A stretch of DNA of 64,000 nucleotides. It comes from Savitreella phatthalungensis. Taxonomy: Eukaryota. The notes beneath the pieces were generated by a model. That model searched no databases, was not told the DNA's origin, and saw only the letters and a program-made list of their open reading frames with translations. Both the position numbers and the translations under genes were made by a program. This document shows positions 44,522-55,252 of this stretch, piece by piece (position 1 is the stretch's first letter; every line of letters starts with the position of its first letter). The stretch covers positions 62,001 through 126,000 of the forward strand of contig AP039691.1 of the NCBI GenBank assembly GCA_051599415.1, given 5' to 3'.

Positions 44522-47500
44522 GGCGAAGGCTATGCACAGGCTGGATTCCCTCTTACTCCCGCTAGTCGTACCCATCGATGAAGGGATTCATGATGAGCAA
44601 CGTCACAACGATAGAAACTTGCTCTTTCACCTTTGTAAATACTTCAGCTTAGCGACAGTTCTGTAGTCTTTCTCAAGATTCCCTTTCGAACATATTTGGA
44701 ATTCCTGAAGCAGTTGAGTATCATTGTCGAGTCCCTGAGGTGTGCTTTCTGCCTCAAAGCAAGCACCGATGACTGGTCTTATAGGAATGAACCATCATCG
44801 AAGCATCCAGACGGCATGTAGGATGAGCAGGTCGACATACATGCACCTGCACGATTGAGCTATTCGGTAATGAACACCTTGCGGAGCGGAGTTCTCGCTT
44901 CAGAATCAAGATCAAGACGCGGCACAATACTGGACATTCTATCATCGACATGTGACAGGGATTGAGATCACTTAGACTATCTACACGCTCTACAACGGGA
45001 CGACTTGAAGAAGACGCAGAAACGTTTGTCTCAAGCGAAGGAATTCTACGTGTGGCATGCGATTCAAGCAAGGGGGGCCAAGATAACGATAGTCGTAGGA
45101 AAGACAAACGCCAGTAGTATGGGCAAGTGAATCAGATGTGCAGCATGCCAGGACATACCGTTACCAATTAGCGGGCCGCAAGCAAGGTCGCAAGCGTGAT
45201 GCTATGCATTGCCAGGTTTGGGTGGTTGAGAAGTCGGGCGCGGGGATAGATGGTTCACTCAGCCATAGTGGTCACTGACTGAAACAGTACGTGACCAAAG
45301 ATGGCATTCGATGCACGTGCAATTTGTATGCTCCGTCTCAGCATAGCCAAGTCTCAACATTCCGGACATACGCGGATATCGCTTGTCAAGAAAGACCAGA
45401 CATCACAGTCACGTCCTCCAGGTCGCTCGCTGGATGCAGTACGGGGACGAATTGCAAATGAACAATATATGAGATATCATTATGATCAGAAATTCTCAAA
45501 TCTTCATATCCAGAGTTCTCGGCGTCGTGGCAAAGTACTCATACAAACCAGTACTCTGGATCGCGTAAGATGAAAGCTGAATTGACACTGGATTAATCGG
45601 GCACCTAACCATCTCAAACCTCCTCGCACACGTGTCAATTCAGATATCAGACCAAAATTCAGATGCGAATTACCCCGGTACGGCGGTCGACGAGGAGCAT
45701 CTCAAATTTATCCAATTTGAACAGAATCTCTTAAGCGCGGAATATAAGGGTCATACATATTCATGAACCAGAGTACTGGTATATGTAAAACGCAGTTGTG
45801 TCTCTGAACCCCGCCCTTTGAGCGGTTTGAATGTAAGAAGATGAGTCGGGCCAGCTGGCTCTCAATTCTATCTTGTGTGCGCACGCAAAGCGATATTCAT
45901 GACTGTAGCTGACCGAAGCTGCGAAATTCCAAACGATCCAGCCGATCTCTTACAAGACTTACTGGACTGTAACTGGGAGATGAGTCAAGCATGAGCTTGT
46001 ATATGAATGCTTTGAGTTGGCTGGCGTCGCCGGACAGGTGGACTCGTGGCCGAGAGACTTTGTGATCTACCTATCGAGCGCGATTATCTAGCTGATCGAT
46101 CTCCCGTGAATCAGCACTACTAGCTGTTTGGCTTTCGATGCATCGATTCTGCTTTCTCCTCGTACTGTCTGAGATACACGCATGACCGGGAGAATCACTC
46201 GCCATCTGCTAGTTCTGACTAGCTGCACAGACCTCCCTACCTAACCCTTCATTTCTTCACAAGTCACTCAACACAAACATCTTCACGCAGGTCTTACCCG
46301 ATGTTCTTCCATACTCAAAAGACGATTGTGTCTATCCCCAAGCATGCATTCCCATCCTCTACTACGATGTAGCAGCTTTCTTTCTCGCTCTCGGCTTCGC
46401 GCTCGGCTTCACACGTTGCATTCATTGAGAGAAAAGCCCGGCCACGCGACACGGATATGCAGGTTTGTGGAGGGAAAAAGCCGAAGCGTAGGCGAGAGAT
46501 GTAGCTACAGAAGGCTGGTTTGCAAAATGCCCCACAGAATCGATCGGATAGAACGCATGTCAAATACTCGTGGCAGATTTTACTAGAATCGACTGTCCAT
46601 AGTCCGTCCTGCCATGGTGCTCAGTAATGACTAGAGCCTGGAGTGGCTTGAACAATGAATTCAGAGTTGGACGGTCTCCAGACCCAACGCTCGCCTGGGT
46701 TGGCGACATGAAGGTACCATCAATCTACTCATCCGAACACGTTGTCTTGACCATAGAGTGGAGAGCCCTTTTAAAATGCTTCACGATTGGTCAATCGCCA
46801 CAGCTTATACTGCGCTTCACCTTGTCCACTTACTAGAAGCCTCTTCCGCGGAGGGGGCGGGTGGCATTGTGACCGATCACTGAAGATGGTAGATCTGTCA
46901 AGTGTATGTTCCGTTAGTCGGGAGAATCCAAGGTAACGAGGGAGAGAAAGAGTCAGGACGAAGAAGCAGGTTACACTCCGAGCAGATATGAACTCTACCG
47001 TCTACTACTCTCAGTCATTGTCTCTCGATTGACTTGAGAATTATATGATATACCGAATTAGATTCATCCTGTTCTCTCTCTTTCCCACTTTCGCTTTCTC
47101 TCTCATTCAGACATTCGCTCGATTAGGTCAAAAGGCCCAACATAAGTTTGTTCCATTCTTTCATACCTACTTCAGATTGAAATCTAAATTGAGAAGCTCA
47201 AAGCTGATTCGTCATAGACTTTCCCCAAAATTCAGTACTGACGCAAGTCATCATTCGAATCACATCTACACACGTACTTACAGACACTCACACTCACATA
47301 CTCACATCTCACCCACAGACACAAGCTAAACTCAAGCACATTCATGAACTCATCAGCCAGCTTCCCATGTAGCCAGCTATCCTCAACAGACGACAATCCA
47401 CCCATTACCCATCTCGGCATCTATCTCCATCAACAGCGCCCAGACACCTTCACAACACCTTCTAGCTCGCTACAAACCAACGAAAGCGCTGGCGCCAAAG

Positions 47501-48538
47501 AACTACATGTCTCACTCGCACACCATGACAGTACCAACCAGACCAGACTAAAGCCAAAGCTTCTATGCCCCGCTCCTTCAATCTGAACGAATGAACACGT
47601 TGGATAAAGACAACCAAGCTCATCTGAACCTTCTCTCCGATGAGCTATCGGTCGGTCGCCCAGTCTTCCCCTCCTCTGATGAACCAATCTATCACATCTA
47701 ACGGTCCGACGAAAGCTCCCCGTAGCTGACCGTGCAATGCTCAGCTACGAGTTATTCCCTCGTGCGCGCACTTTCATCTCGAGTAAGTGAGGGTAGCTTG
47801 AACCCCTCCCGTCTCAACGTCTACCGTCCTAGACATTATCCAGAGAGAGCCATAGGTCATGTCAGTCCTGCATCCTCCCCGCACCTCGCTTCCCAGGCGG
47901 CTTCCACGCGCGCGCCTTCGCGCCTCTATGCACATACACCAACAATGATACACGTTTTTGATGCTAGCTGGAGAGACGAATGCACTATCTTCTGCATCTT
48001 CGAATGTACTACCGATCTGACAGCTTCAACAGCTCGCTTGCAGATCTCGCTTCCTCGCTTGCTTCCCAGCTCAAACTGTCTGCTCACGTCAAGCTCCATA
48101 GCTGATGTCACTGTCACAGCAAGTCGGCGCGCAACGGCGGCGGCTGCAATGAGTCCTTTCTACGTCCCTCTGCCTGACAGAGCTCGACAGGTAGTCCATC
48201 CTGCAGGACAATGTGGGGAAAAAAGCCACGGCGTCCACAGGTGGACTACGACCATGCACAATTCGCTCAGCTCCACCCCTCCTCGCCCTTTGTGCTGTAG
48301 GTCCCATTGTAAGTGGTAATCTTTGCTCGCAGAGCAAACAACATCATGGACCTTCACGATGACCGGGTAGTTAAGCCGCCGACTGCCCATGTCGTCCTTC
48401 TAGACCATCGTCCACGACGACATCGACTCTGTCGATACAAGACTTGCCGACACCGTGTTGATCGACGCAGTCATCTCCATCCTCAGTTGCTCTACCTGAT
48501 CTCAGTCGCGAACAAGACCTTTCGTGAGAGAGTCCAAT

Positions 48539-51500
48539 ATGCGTTTCGCTTCTCAGGTAGCAACGCTCGCCCTGTTGGCCTCGTCCGCAGATGCCTTACC
48601 ACAATTCGGCGCGAACCCTATAGGCGCTGTGCTCTCGCCGATCCTCGGCGGCGGTCAGCCATCCACTACCACATCTAGTTCGTCGATGCTCGGCTTCACG
48701 CCATCACCGATAGCTCCCGTGGCGCCGCCGCCGAGCTCTAGCACGACCACCGCCGGCGGTGCTTCGACTATCTCATCGTCAGCTCCATCTTCCTCTGCGC
48801 CACAGCAACAGCAGCAGAGTTCCTCTTCTCCACAGCAACAGCAGCAGAGCTCCCAAGCACCAGCTCCTGCACAGGCATTCACTCCGATCCCGAACGTGGT
48901 CGTGGTCGTTACATCGTCCAACTACCTGCCACCTGCTTCGTCCAGCACCGCAACCACGAGTTCATCAGCACCACCCGCAGCTCTCATCTCATCGGTGACA
49001 AATCTGCTGAGTCCTATCATTAACATCTTCAGCAACCCCTCACTCCAGCAACCAGCTTTGCCAATCTCCAGCACCAACCCACTCGCCGCCGGTGCATCGC
49101 AGATCCAGGCCGGCGTCGCCTCTGGCGCATCTCAGCTGCAGGCAGGTGCACCATCTGGCAACCCCCTCGCAGCAGCCGCATCACAGGTACAGGCAGGTGC
49201 TGCCTCCGTCGCTAGCCAAGTCGAAGCTGGAGCACCGTCTGGCAACCCGCTGGCCGCAGGAGCATCACAGGTACAGGCTGGTATCGCATCGGCCGCCAGC
49301 CAGGTCCAGGCCGGTGCACCATCGGGCAACCCTCTGGCCGCAGGAGCATCACAGGTACAGGCTGCCGTTGAGTCTGGCGCTTCACAGCTTCAGGCAGGTG
49401 CACCGTCAGGCAATCCGCTGGCAGCTGCCGCATCACAGGTTCAGGCCGGTGTCGCCTCCGTCGCTAGCCAGGTCGAAGCCGGCGCACCATCGGACAACCC
49501 TCTGGCCGCAGGAGCATCACAGGTACAGGCTGGTATCGCATCGGCCGCCAGCCAGGTCCAGGCCGGAGCACCGTCTGGCAATCCACTCGCTGCGGGTGCG
49601 TCCCAGGTTCAGGCAGGTGTCGCCTCCGTCGCTAGCCAGGTCGAAGCTGGTGCACCGTCTGGCAACCCGCTGGCCGCAGGAGCATCACAGGTACAGGCTG
49701 GTATCGCATCGGCCGCCAGCCAGGTCCAGGCCGGTGCACCGTCTGGCAATCCACTCGCTGCGGGTGCGTCCCAGGTTCAGGCAGGTGTCGCCTCCGTCGC
49801 TAGCCAGGTCCAGGCCGGAGCACCGTCTGGCAATCCACTCGCTGCGGGTGCGTCCCAGGTTCAGGCAGGTGTCGCCTCCGTCGCTAGCCAGGTCGAAGCT
49901 GGAGCACCGTCTGGCGACCCTCTGGCCGCAGGAGCATCACAGGTACAGGCAGGTGTCGCCTCCGTCGCTAGCCAGGCCCAGGCCGGAGCGCCGTCTGGCA
50001 ATCCACTCGCTGCGGGTGCGTCCCAGGTTCAGGCAGGTGTCGCCTCCGTCGCTAGCCAGGTCGAAGCCGGCGCACCATCGGACAACCCTCTGGCCGCAGG
50101 CGCATCACAGGTACAGGCTGGTATCGCATCGGCCGCCAGCCAGGTGCAGGCCGGCGCCCCATCAGGCAATCCTCTAGCAGCAGCTGCGTCCCAGGTTCAG
50201 GCAGGTGTCGCCTCCGTCGCTAGCCAGGTCCAGGCCGGAGCACCGTCTGGCAATCCACTCGCTGCGGGTGCGTCCCAGGTTCAGGCAGGTGTCGCCTCCG
50301 TCGCTAGCCAGGTCGAAGCTGGAGCACCGTCTGGCAACCCTCTGGCCGCAGGAGCATCACAGGTACAGGCCGGTGTCGCCTCCGTCGCTAGCCAGGTCCA
50401 GGCCGGAGCACCGTCTGGCAATCCACTCGCTGCGGGTGCGTCCCAAGTACAGGCAGGTGTCGCCTCTGCGGCTAGCCAGGTCGAAGCCGGCGCACCATCG
50501 GGCAACCCTCTAGCAGCAGCCGCGTCACAGGTACAGGCAGGTGTCGCGTCCGCCGCCAGCCAGGTGCAGGCCGGTGCCCCATCAGGCAACCCGCTGGCCG
50601 CTGGGGCTTCCCAGCTGGAAGCTGGCATTGCATCCGCTGTGTCTCAATTTCAGGCAGCAGCGCCTTCGGACAACCCCTTGGCAGCAGGAGCCAGTCAACT
50701 CCAGGCAGGAATCGCATCAGCCGCGAGTCAGTTCCAGGCTGCTGCACCAAGTGGCAACCCCGTCGCCGAAGGTGCATCGCAACTCCAGGCTGGCGTCGCC
50801 TCGGCAATTTCGCAGTTCCAGGCAGCAGCCCCGTCTTCCGCTCCGGCGTTCCCGAACGACAACCCTCTTGCCGCGGCAGCAAGTCAATTGCAAGCTGGCG
50901 TAGCTTCTGCTGCCAGTCAGTTCCAGGCAGCAGCTCCGTCTGGCAATCCTCTGGCTGCGGGAGCATCTCAGATCCAGGCTGCCGTTGAGTCCGGAGCATC
51001 ACAGCTGCAGGCAGCAGCACCATCGGGCAACCCGCTTGCTGCGGGTGCTTCGCAGGTCGAGGCAGGCGTCGCGTCTGCTGCCAGCCAGGTGCAAGCCGGA
51101 GCCCCATCAGGCAATCCTCTAGCAGCAGCTGCGTCTCAGGTTCAGGCCGGTGTCGCATCCGCGGTCAGTCAAGTTGAAGCCGGTGCGCCTTCAGGCAACC
51201 CACTCGCTGCAGGTGCTTCGCAGGTTCAAGCAGGTGTCGCCTCCGCGGTCAGCCAAGTTGAAGCCGGCGCACCATCAGGCAATCCACTCGCAGCCGCCGC
51301 ATCACAGGTTCAGGCCGGTGCCGCCTCCGTGGCTAGTCAGGTCCAGGCTGGTGCACCATCTAGCAACCCACTCGCTGCTGGTGCTTCGCAGGTCGAGGCA
51401 GGTGTCGCCTCTGCTGCTAGCCAGATCCAGGCAGCCGCACCCAGCGGTAATCCTCTTGCCCAGGCACTAGCATCTGCGGCCTCGCAGCTACAAGCCGGCG

Positions 51501-54500
51501 CGTCGTCAAATCCGCTTGCGGCCGGCGCAAGTCAGTTGCAAGCTGCAATCGCTTCTGGAATCTCTCAGCTCGAGGCCGTTGCAACACCAAGCAGCAATCC
51601 TATCGCCGATGGTGCCAGCCAGCTCCAGGCAGGACTGGCTTCTGGTCAACCCTCCGGAAATCCTCTGATGGCGGTAGCATCGCAGATTCAGGGAAACGTG
51701 CTATCAGTCGCCTCGCAGCTACAAGCAGCCGCTCCCAGTGGGAACCCACTCGCGTCGGTTGCTTCTCAGATTCAGGCTGGTGTCGCTTCTGGCGTCTCGC
51801 AGCTTGAGGCCGCTGCCCCATCTGGCAATCCCCTGGCATCCGCTGCATCTCAGGTACAAGCTGCTGTCGCCTCTGGCGCGTCTCAGCTCGAAGCTGGTCT
51901 GCCTAGCGGCAACCCAGTGGCTAGCATCGTCTCTCAGGTCCAAGCAGGTCTCCCATCCGGCAATCCTGTCGCTAGCATCGTGTCGCAGATCCAGGCAGGC
52001 CTGCCATCGGGCAACCCGGTCGCTAGCATCGTATCTCAGGTCGAAGCAGGTCTGCCATCGGGCAACCCGGTCGCTAGCATCGTCTCTCAGGTCCAAGCAG
52101 GTCTCCCATCGGGCAACCCGGTCGCTAGCATCGTATCTCAGGTCGAAGCAGGTCTGCCGTCTGGCAACCCAGTGGCTAGCATCGTCTCTCAGGTCCAAGC
52201 AGGTCTCCCATCGGGCAACCCGGTCGCTAGCATCGTATCTCAGGTCGAAGCAGGTCTGCCGTCTGGCAACCCAGTGGCTAGCATCGTCTCTCAGGTCCAA
52301 GCAGGTCTCCCATCGGGCAACCCGGTCGCTAGCATCGTATCTCAGGTCGAAGCAGGTCTGCCGTCTGGCAACCCAGTGGCTAGCATCGTCTCTCAGGTCC
52401 AAGCAGGTCTCCCATCGGGCAACCCGGTCGCTAGCATCGTATCTCAGGTCGAAGCAGGTCTGCCATCTGGCAACCCGGTCGCTAGCATCGTATCTCAGGT
52501 CCAAGCAGGTCTGCCGTCTGGCAACCCAGTGGCTAGCATCGTCTCTCAGGTCGAAGCAGGTCTGCCGTCTGGCAATCCTGTGGCTAGCATCGTATCTCAG
52601 GTCGAAGCAGGTCTGCCATCTGGCAACCCGGTCGCTAGCATCGTCTCTCAGGTCCAAGCAGGTCTCCCATCCGGCAATCCCGTGGTCAGTGTCATCTCGC
52701 AAATTCAAGCAGCTCTTCCGAGTGGCAATCCTGTCGCGAGCATTGTCTCGCAGATCGAAGCTGGCGTACCGAGCGGCAATCCTATTGCCAGCGTTGTCTC
52801 GCAAATTCAGGCTGGCCTTCCGACTGGCAATCCCGTTGCCAGCGTCATCTCTCAGATCCAGGCTGGACTGCCGAGTGGCAATCCTGTCGCGAGCATTGTA
52901 TCTCAGGTTGAGGCTGGACTGCCAAGCGGCAACCCTATCGCCAGCGTCGTTTCCCAGATCCAGGCAGGACTTCCAAGTGGCAACCCTGTGGCCAGCATCG
53001 TCTCGCAGGTCGAGGCGGGTCTTCCGAGTGGCAACCCTGTCGCCAGCATCGTCTCTCAGATCCAGGCGGGACTTCCTACAGGTAATTCTGTGGCCAGCGT
53101 TGTTTCCCAGATCCAGGCTGGTCTTCCTAGCGGCAACCCGGTCGCCAGCGTTGTTTCCCAGATCCAGGCAGGACTTCCAAGTGGCAACCCTGTGGCCAGC
53201 ATCGTCTCGCAGATTGAGGCGGGTCTTCCGAGTGGCAATCCTGTCGCCAGTGTCATCTCTCAGATTCAAGCCGGCCTCCCAAGCGGGAACCCAGTGGCAA
53301 GCATCGTCTCCCAGATCCAGGCTGGTCTTCCTACCGGCCTGCCGTCTCCGAGCAACAACCCGATCGCTGGTGGTGTTTCTCAAATCGTTGGAGCTATCTC
53401 GAGTGCTGCTCCTGGTGGATCAGATGGTCCACTCGCTGGAGGCACGGCAAACCCGATCAACAGCATTATTAACCAGTTGCCAACTGCTCTTCCATCCGGC
53501 AATCCAATCCAGGTCGTCCTGTCATCACTCTTGCCAGCACTGACGAGCAACCCGGTCGCGTCAATCATCCAGAATTTGCCATCGGGATTGCCGTCCAATG
53601 GCTTGCCGTCCAATCCTCTTCCGATTCAGAGCATTCTCTCGCAGATCACCAACCAGCCATCCCTGCCCATCAACTTGCCTTCAGTCATTCAGAGTGTCAT
53701 CTCCCAGATCACGGCTCAACCGTCCCTGCCGATCAACCTGCCCAGTGTTGTGCAGAGCGTTGTCTCACAGATCACCTCACAGCCAACACCGACCCTGCCT
53801 GTAAATCTACCAGGCATTCTGTCAAGCGTTGTTTCGCAGATCACGGCCCAGCCTACGCCGACTTTACCAGTCAATGTTCCAAGCATCCTCTCGAGCGTGC
53901 TCTCTCAGCTTACAAACTTGCCAACCAACCTTCCGATCACACTACCGCCTGTACTCTCCAGCATTCTCACCGGATTGCCGATCACCCTGCCAATCGGCCC
54001 GCAGTCGACCAATATCGTTGGACCTTCAGGCTCGGCGACCATTCTGCCAATTGGCAGCACTGCGATCCCTTCCACCCTTCAGACCATTACAACAAGCAAC
54101 CAGCAGCAGCCGGGCTCATCGCCAACTCCGAACCCAGGAAGCGGTACATCGCCTGGCAACGGTAGCGCCGGCGGCAACACCGGCGGCAACACTGGAGGCA
54201 ACACTGGAGGCAACACTGGAGGCAACACTGGAGGCAACACTGGAGGCAACACTGGAGGCAACACTGGAGGCAACACTGGAGGCAACACGGGAGGAAACAC
54301 TGGAGGAAACACTGGAGGCAACACCGGTGGCAATGGCGTCGTGGCCCCAGGCAGCGGCATCGCGCCGGGTTCTGGCAGCGCTGGCTCGAATCCCGTGACC
54401 GGTGGCAACACTGGCAGCGGAGCATCGAGCCCGATCGGCTCAGGCTCCAACACTGGTGCAGGTGCAGTCGCTGGATCCAACTCTGGTTCCGGCTCCAGCT

Positions 54501-54793
54501 CGAGTGCTGGCTCATCGCCGGCCGCTGGTGCTGCCGGCTCTACTTCAGGCTCGACAGCTGGCTCTGGAGCGGCGTCCGGTTCGGCCGATGGTGCCGCCAT
54601 CCTCGGCACTTCCAGGACTCTCCCCGGAGATTCCTCGTCTGGCTCAAGCTCGAGCTCCGGCTCAGGCTCATCCACCGGTGGCAACGCTGCCACCTTGCCA
54701 AAGTCCAATGGAGCATCCTCCCTCGTCACACCTCAGAAGTGGTTCCTGACAGGCGTTGCGACAATCGTCGTCACCGCCCAGTTCGTCTTCTAA
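48539..54793 (+). CDS. Giant secreted, probably GPI-anchored tandem-repeat surface protein, 2084 aa
   Basis: Signal peptide MRFASQVATLALLASSADA-LPQ (first ATG 48539), 28-aa and 17-aa SGNP repeats, (GGNT)13, a Gly/Ser stalk and a GPI-like C-terminus SNGASSLVTPQKWFLTGVATIVVTAQFVF. Confidence 0.9.
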   Translation: MRFASQVATLALLASSADALPQFGANPIGAVLSPILGGGQPSTTTSSSSMLGFTPSPIAPVAPPPSSSTTTAGGASTISSSAPSSSAPQQQQQSSSSPQQQQQSSQAPAPAQAFTPIPNVVVVVTSSNYLPPASSSTATTSSSAPPAALISSVTNLLSPIINIFSNPSLQQPALPISSTNPLAAGASQIQAGVASGASQLQAGAPSGNPLAAAASQVQAGAASVASQVEAGAPSGNPLAAGASQVQAGIASAASQVQAGAPSGNPLAAGASQVQAAVESGASQLQAGAPSGNPLAAAASQVQAGVASVASQVEAGAPSDNPLAAGASQVQAGIASAASQVQAGAPSGNPLAAGASQVQAGVASVASQVEAGAPSGNPLAAGASQVQAGIASAASQVQAGAPSGNPLAAGASQVQAGVASVASQVQAGAPSGNPLAAGASQVQAGVASVASQVEAGAPSGDPLAAGASQVQAGVASVASQAQAGAPSGNPLAAGASQVQAGVASVASQVEAGAPSDNPLAAGASQVQAGIASAASQVQAGAPSGNPLAAAASQVQAGVASVASQVQAGAPSGNPLAAGASQVQAGVASVASQVEAGAPSGNPLAAGASQVQAGVASVASQVQAGAPSGNPLAAGASQVQAGVASAASQVEAGAPSGNPLAAAASQVQAGVASAASQVQAGAPSGNPLAAGASQLEAGIASAVSQFQAAAPSDNPLAAGASQLQAGIASAASQFQAAAPSGNPVAEGASQLQAGVASAISQFQAAAPSSAPAFPNDNPLAAAASQLQAGVASAASQFQAAAPSGNPLAAGASQIQAAVESGASQLQAAAPSGNPLAAGASQVEAGVASAASQVQAGAPSGNPLAAAASQVQAGVASAVSQVEAGAPSGNPLAAGASQVQAGVASAVSQVEAGAPSGNPLAAAASQVQAGAASVASQVQAGAPSSNPLAAGASQVEAGVASAASQIQAAAPSGNPLAQALASAASQLQAGASSNPLAAGASQLQAAIASGISQLEAVATPSSNPIADGASQLQAGLASGQPSGNPLMAVASQIQGNVLSVASQLQAAAPSGNPLASVASQIQAGVASGVSQLEAAAPSGNPLASAASQVQAAVASGASQLEAGLPSGNPVASIVSQVQAGLPSGNPVASIVSQIQAGLPSGNPVASIVSQVEAGLPSGNPVASIVSQVQAGLPSGNPVASIVSQVEAGLPSGNPVASIVSQVQAGLPSGNPVASIVSQVEAGLPSGNPVASIVSQVQAGLPSGNPVASIVSQVEAGLPSGNPVASIVSQVQAGLPSGNPVASIVSQVEAGLPSGNPVASIVSQVQAGLPSGNPVASIVSQVEAGLPSGNPVASIVSQVEAGLPSGNPVASIVSQVQAGLPSGNPVVSVISQIQAALPSGNPVASIVSQIEAGVPSGNPIASVVSQIQAGLPTGNPVASVISQIQAGLPSGNPVASIVSQVEAGLPSGNPIASVVSQIQAGLPSGNPVASIVSQVEAGLPSGNPVASIVSQIQAGLPTGNSVASVVSQIQAGLPSGNPVASVVSQIQAGLPSGNPVASIVSQIEAGLPSGNPVASVISQIQAGLPSGNPVASIVSQIQAGLPTGLPSPSNNPIAGGVSQIVGAISSAAPGGSDGPLAGGTANPINSIINQLPTALPSGNPIQVVLSSLLPALTSNPVASIIQNLPSGLPSNGLPSNPLPIQSILSQITNQPSLPINLPSVIQSVISQITAQPSLPINLPSVVQSVVSQITSQPTPTLPVNLPGILSSVVSQITAQPTPTLPVNVPSILSSVLSQLTNLPTNLPITLPPVLSSILTGLPITLPIGPQSTNIVGPSGSATILPIGSTAIPSTLQTITTSNQQQPGSSPTPNPGSGTSPGNGSAGGNTGGNTGGNTGGNTGGNTGGNTGGNTGGNTGGNTGGNTGGNTGGNTGGNTGGNGVVAPGSGIAPGSGSAGSNPVTGGNTGSGASSPIGSGSNTGAGAVAGSNSGSGSSSSAGSSPAAGAAGSTSGSTAGSGAASGSADGAAILGTSRTLPGDSSSGSSSSSGSGSSTGGNAATLPKSNGASSLVTPQKWFLTGVATIVVTAQFVF
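49070..51904 (+). repeat. Coding array of about 30 84-bp (28-aa) units SGNPLAAGASQVQAGVASVASQVEAGAP
   Basis: Seen in the translation and DNA; degenerates toward the 3' end. Copy number is approximate. Confidence 0.9.
51905..53332 (+). repeat. Coding array of 28 x 51-bp (17-aa) units SGNPVASIVSQV(Q/E)AGLP
   Basis: 28 units counted, spanning exactly 1428 bp. Confidence 0.95.
54170..54325 (+). repeat. 13 x 12-bp coding repeat, (GGNT)13
   Basis: GGAGGCAACACT and variants, 156 bp. Confidence 0.95.
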
Positions 54794-55252
54794 AGGACTT
54801 TTCCTCCTTCCCACCCACCCACAAAACATCTCCAACTTTTTCTTACTATGTAGATATATCAAGTCAGTCGTACATAGCGCTAGCCTTCTTCCCCATATAC
54901 ATATTTTGTGGCACCCACCTAGACGTTCAGGAATCAGTTGACTTTTACTGGTTTTTGCCTGATCAGCCCGAATGAGTGTTGCAAGTCACGTGCTCAGGGA
55001 GTCTTCGTAGGAGTGTAGCTCGTGACTTGGCGTCATATCGAAGCGAGAGCACATGATGGATGTCACGCAATTCTATCTCGCCTTTTCAAGTACACCAGCG
55101 TTCGCAGACCATGCGCATCATCAACGACATACCAGACACTCGCGCGAACGCGCTCGTAAGACGGTAAACGATTTCATTAAACGGTCATTCGTAGGTGGGT
55201 CATAAAATGTTGGTCGTTACGGTGGGTTTGGAGTGAGGGTGCGATCAGATCG

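Noticed and set aside
41240..53332. CRISPR-like appearance of the direct repeats
   Set aside because: No unique spacers, unit lengths are multiples of 3 inside ORFs, no cas genes, and the context is eukaryotic.
49092..54729. Long alternative-frame and antisense ORFs over the second repeat gene (e.g. 51719-53383, 51738-53543, 54079-54729)
   Set aside because: Shadows of in-frame tandem repeats; a stop-free unit stays stop-free when amplified.
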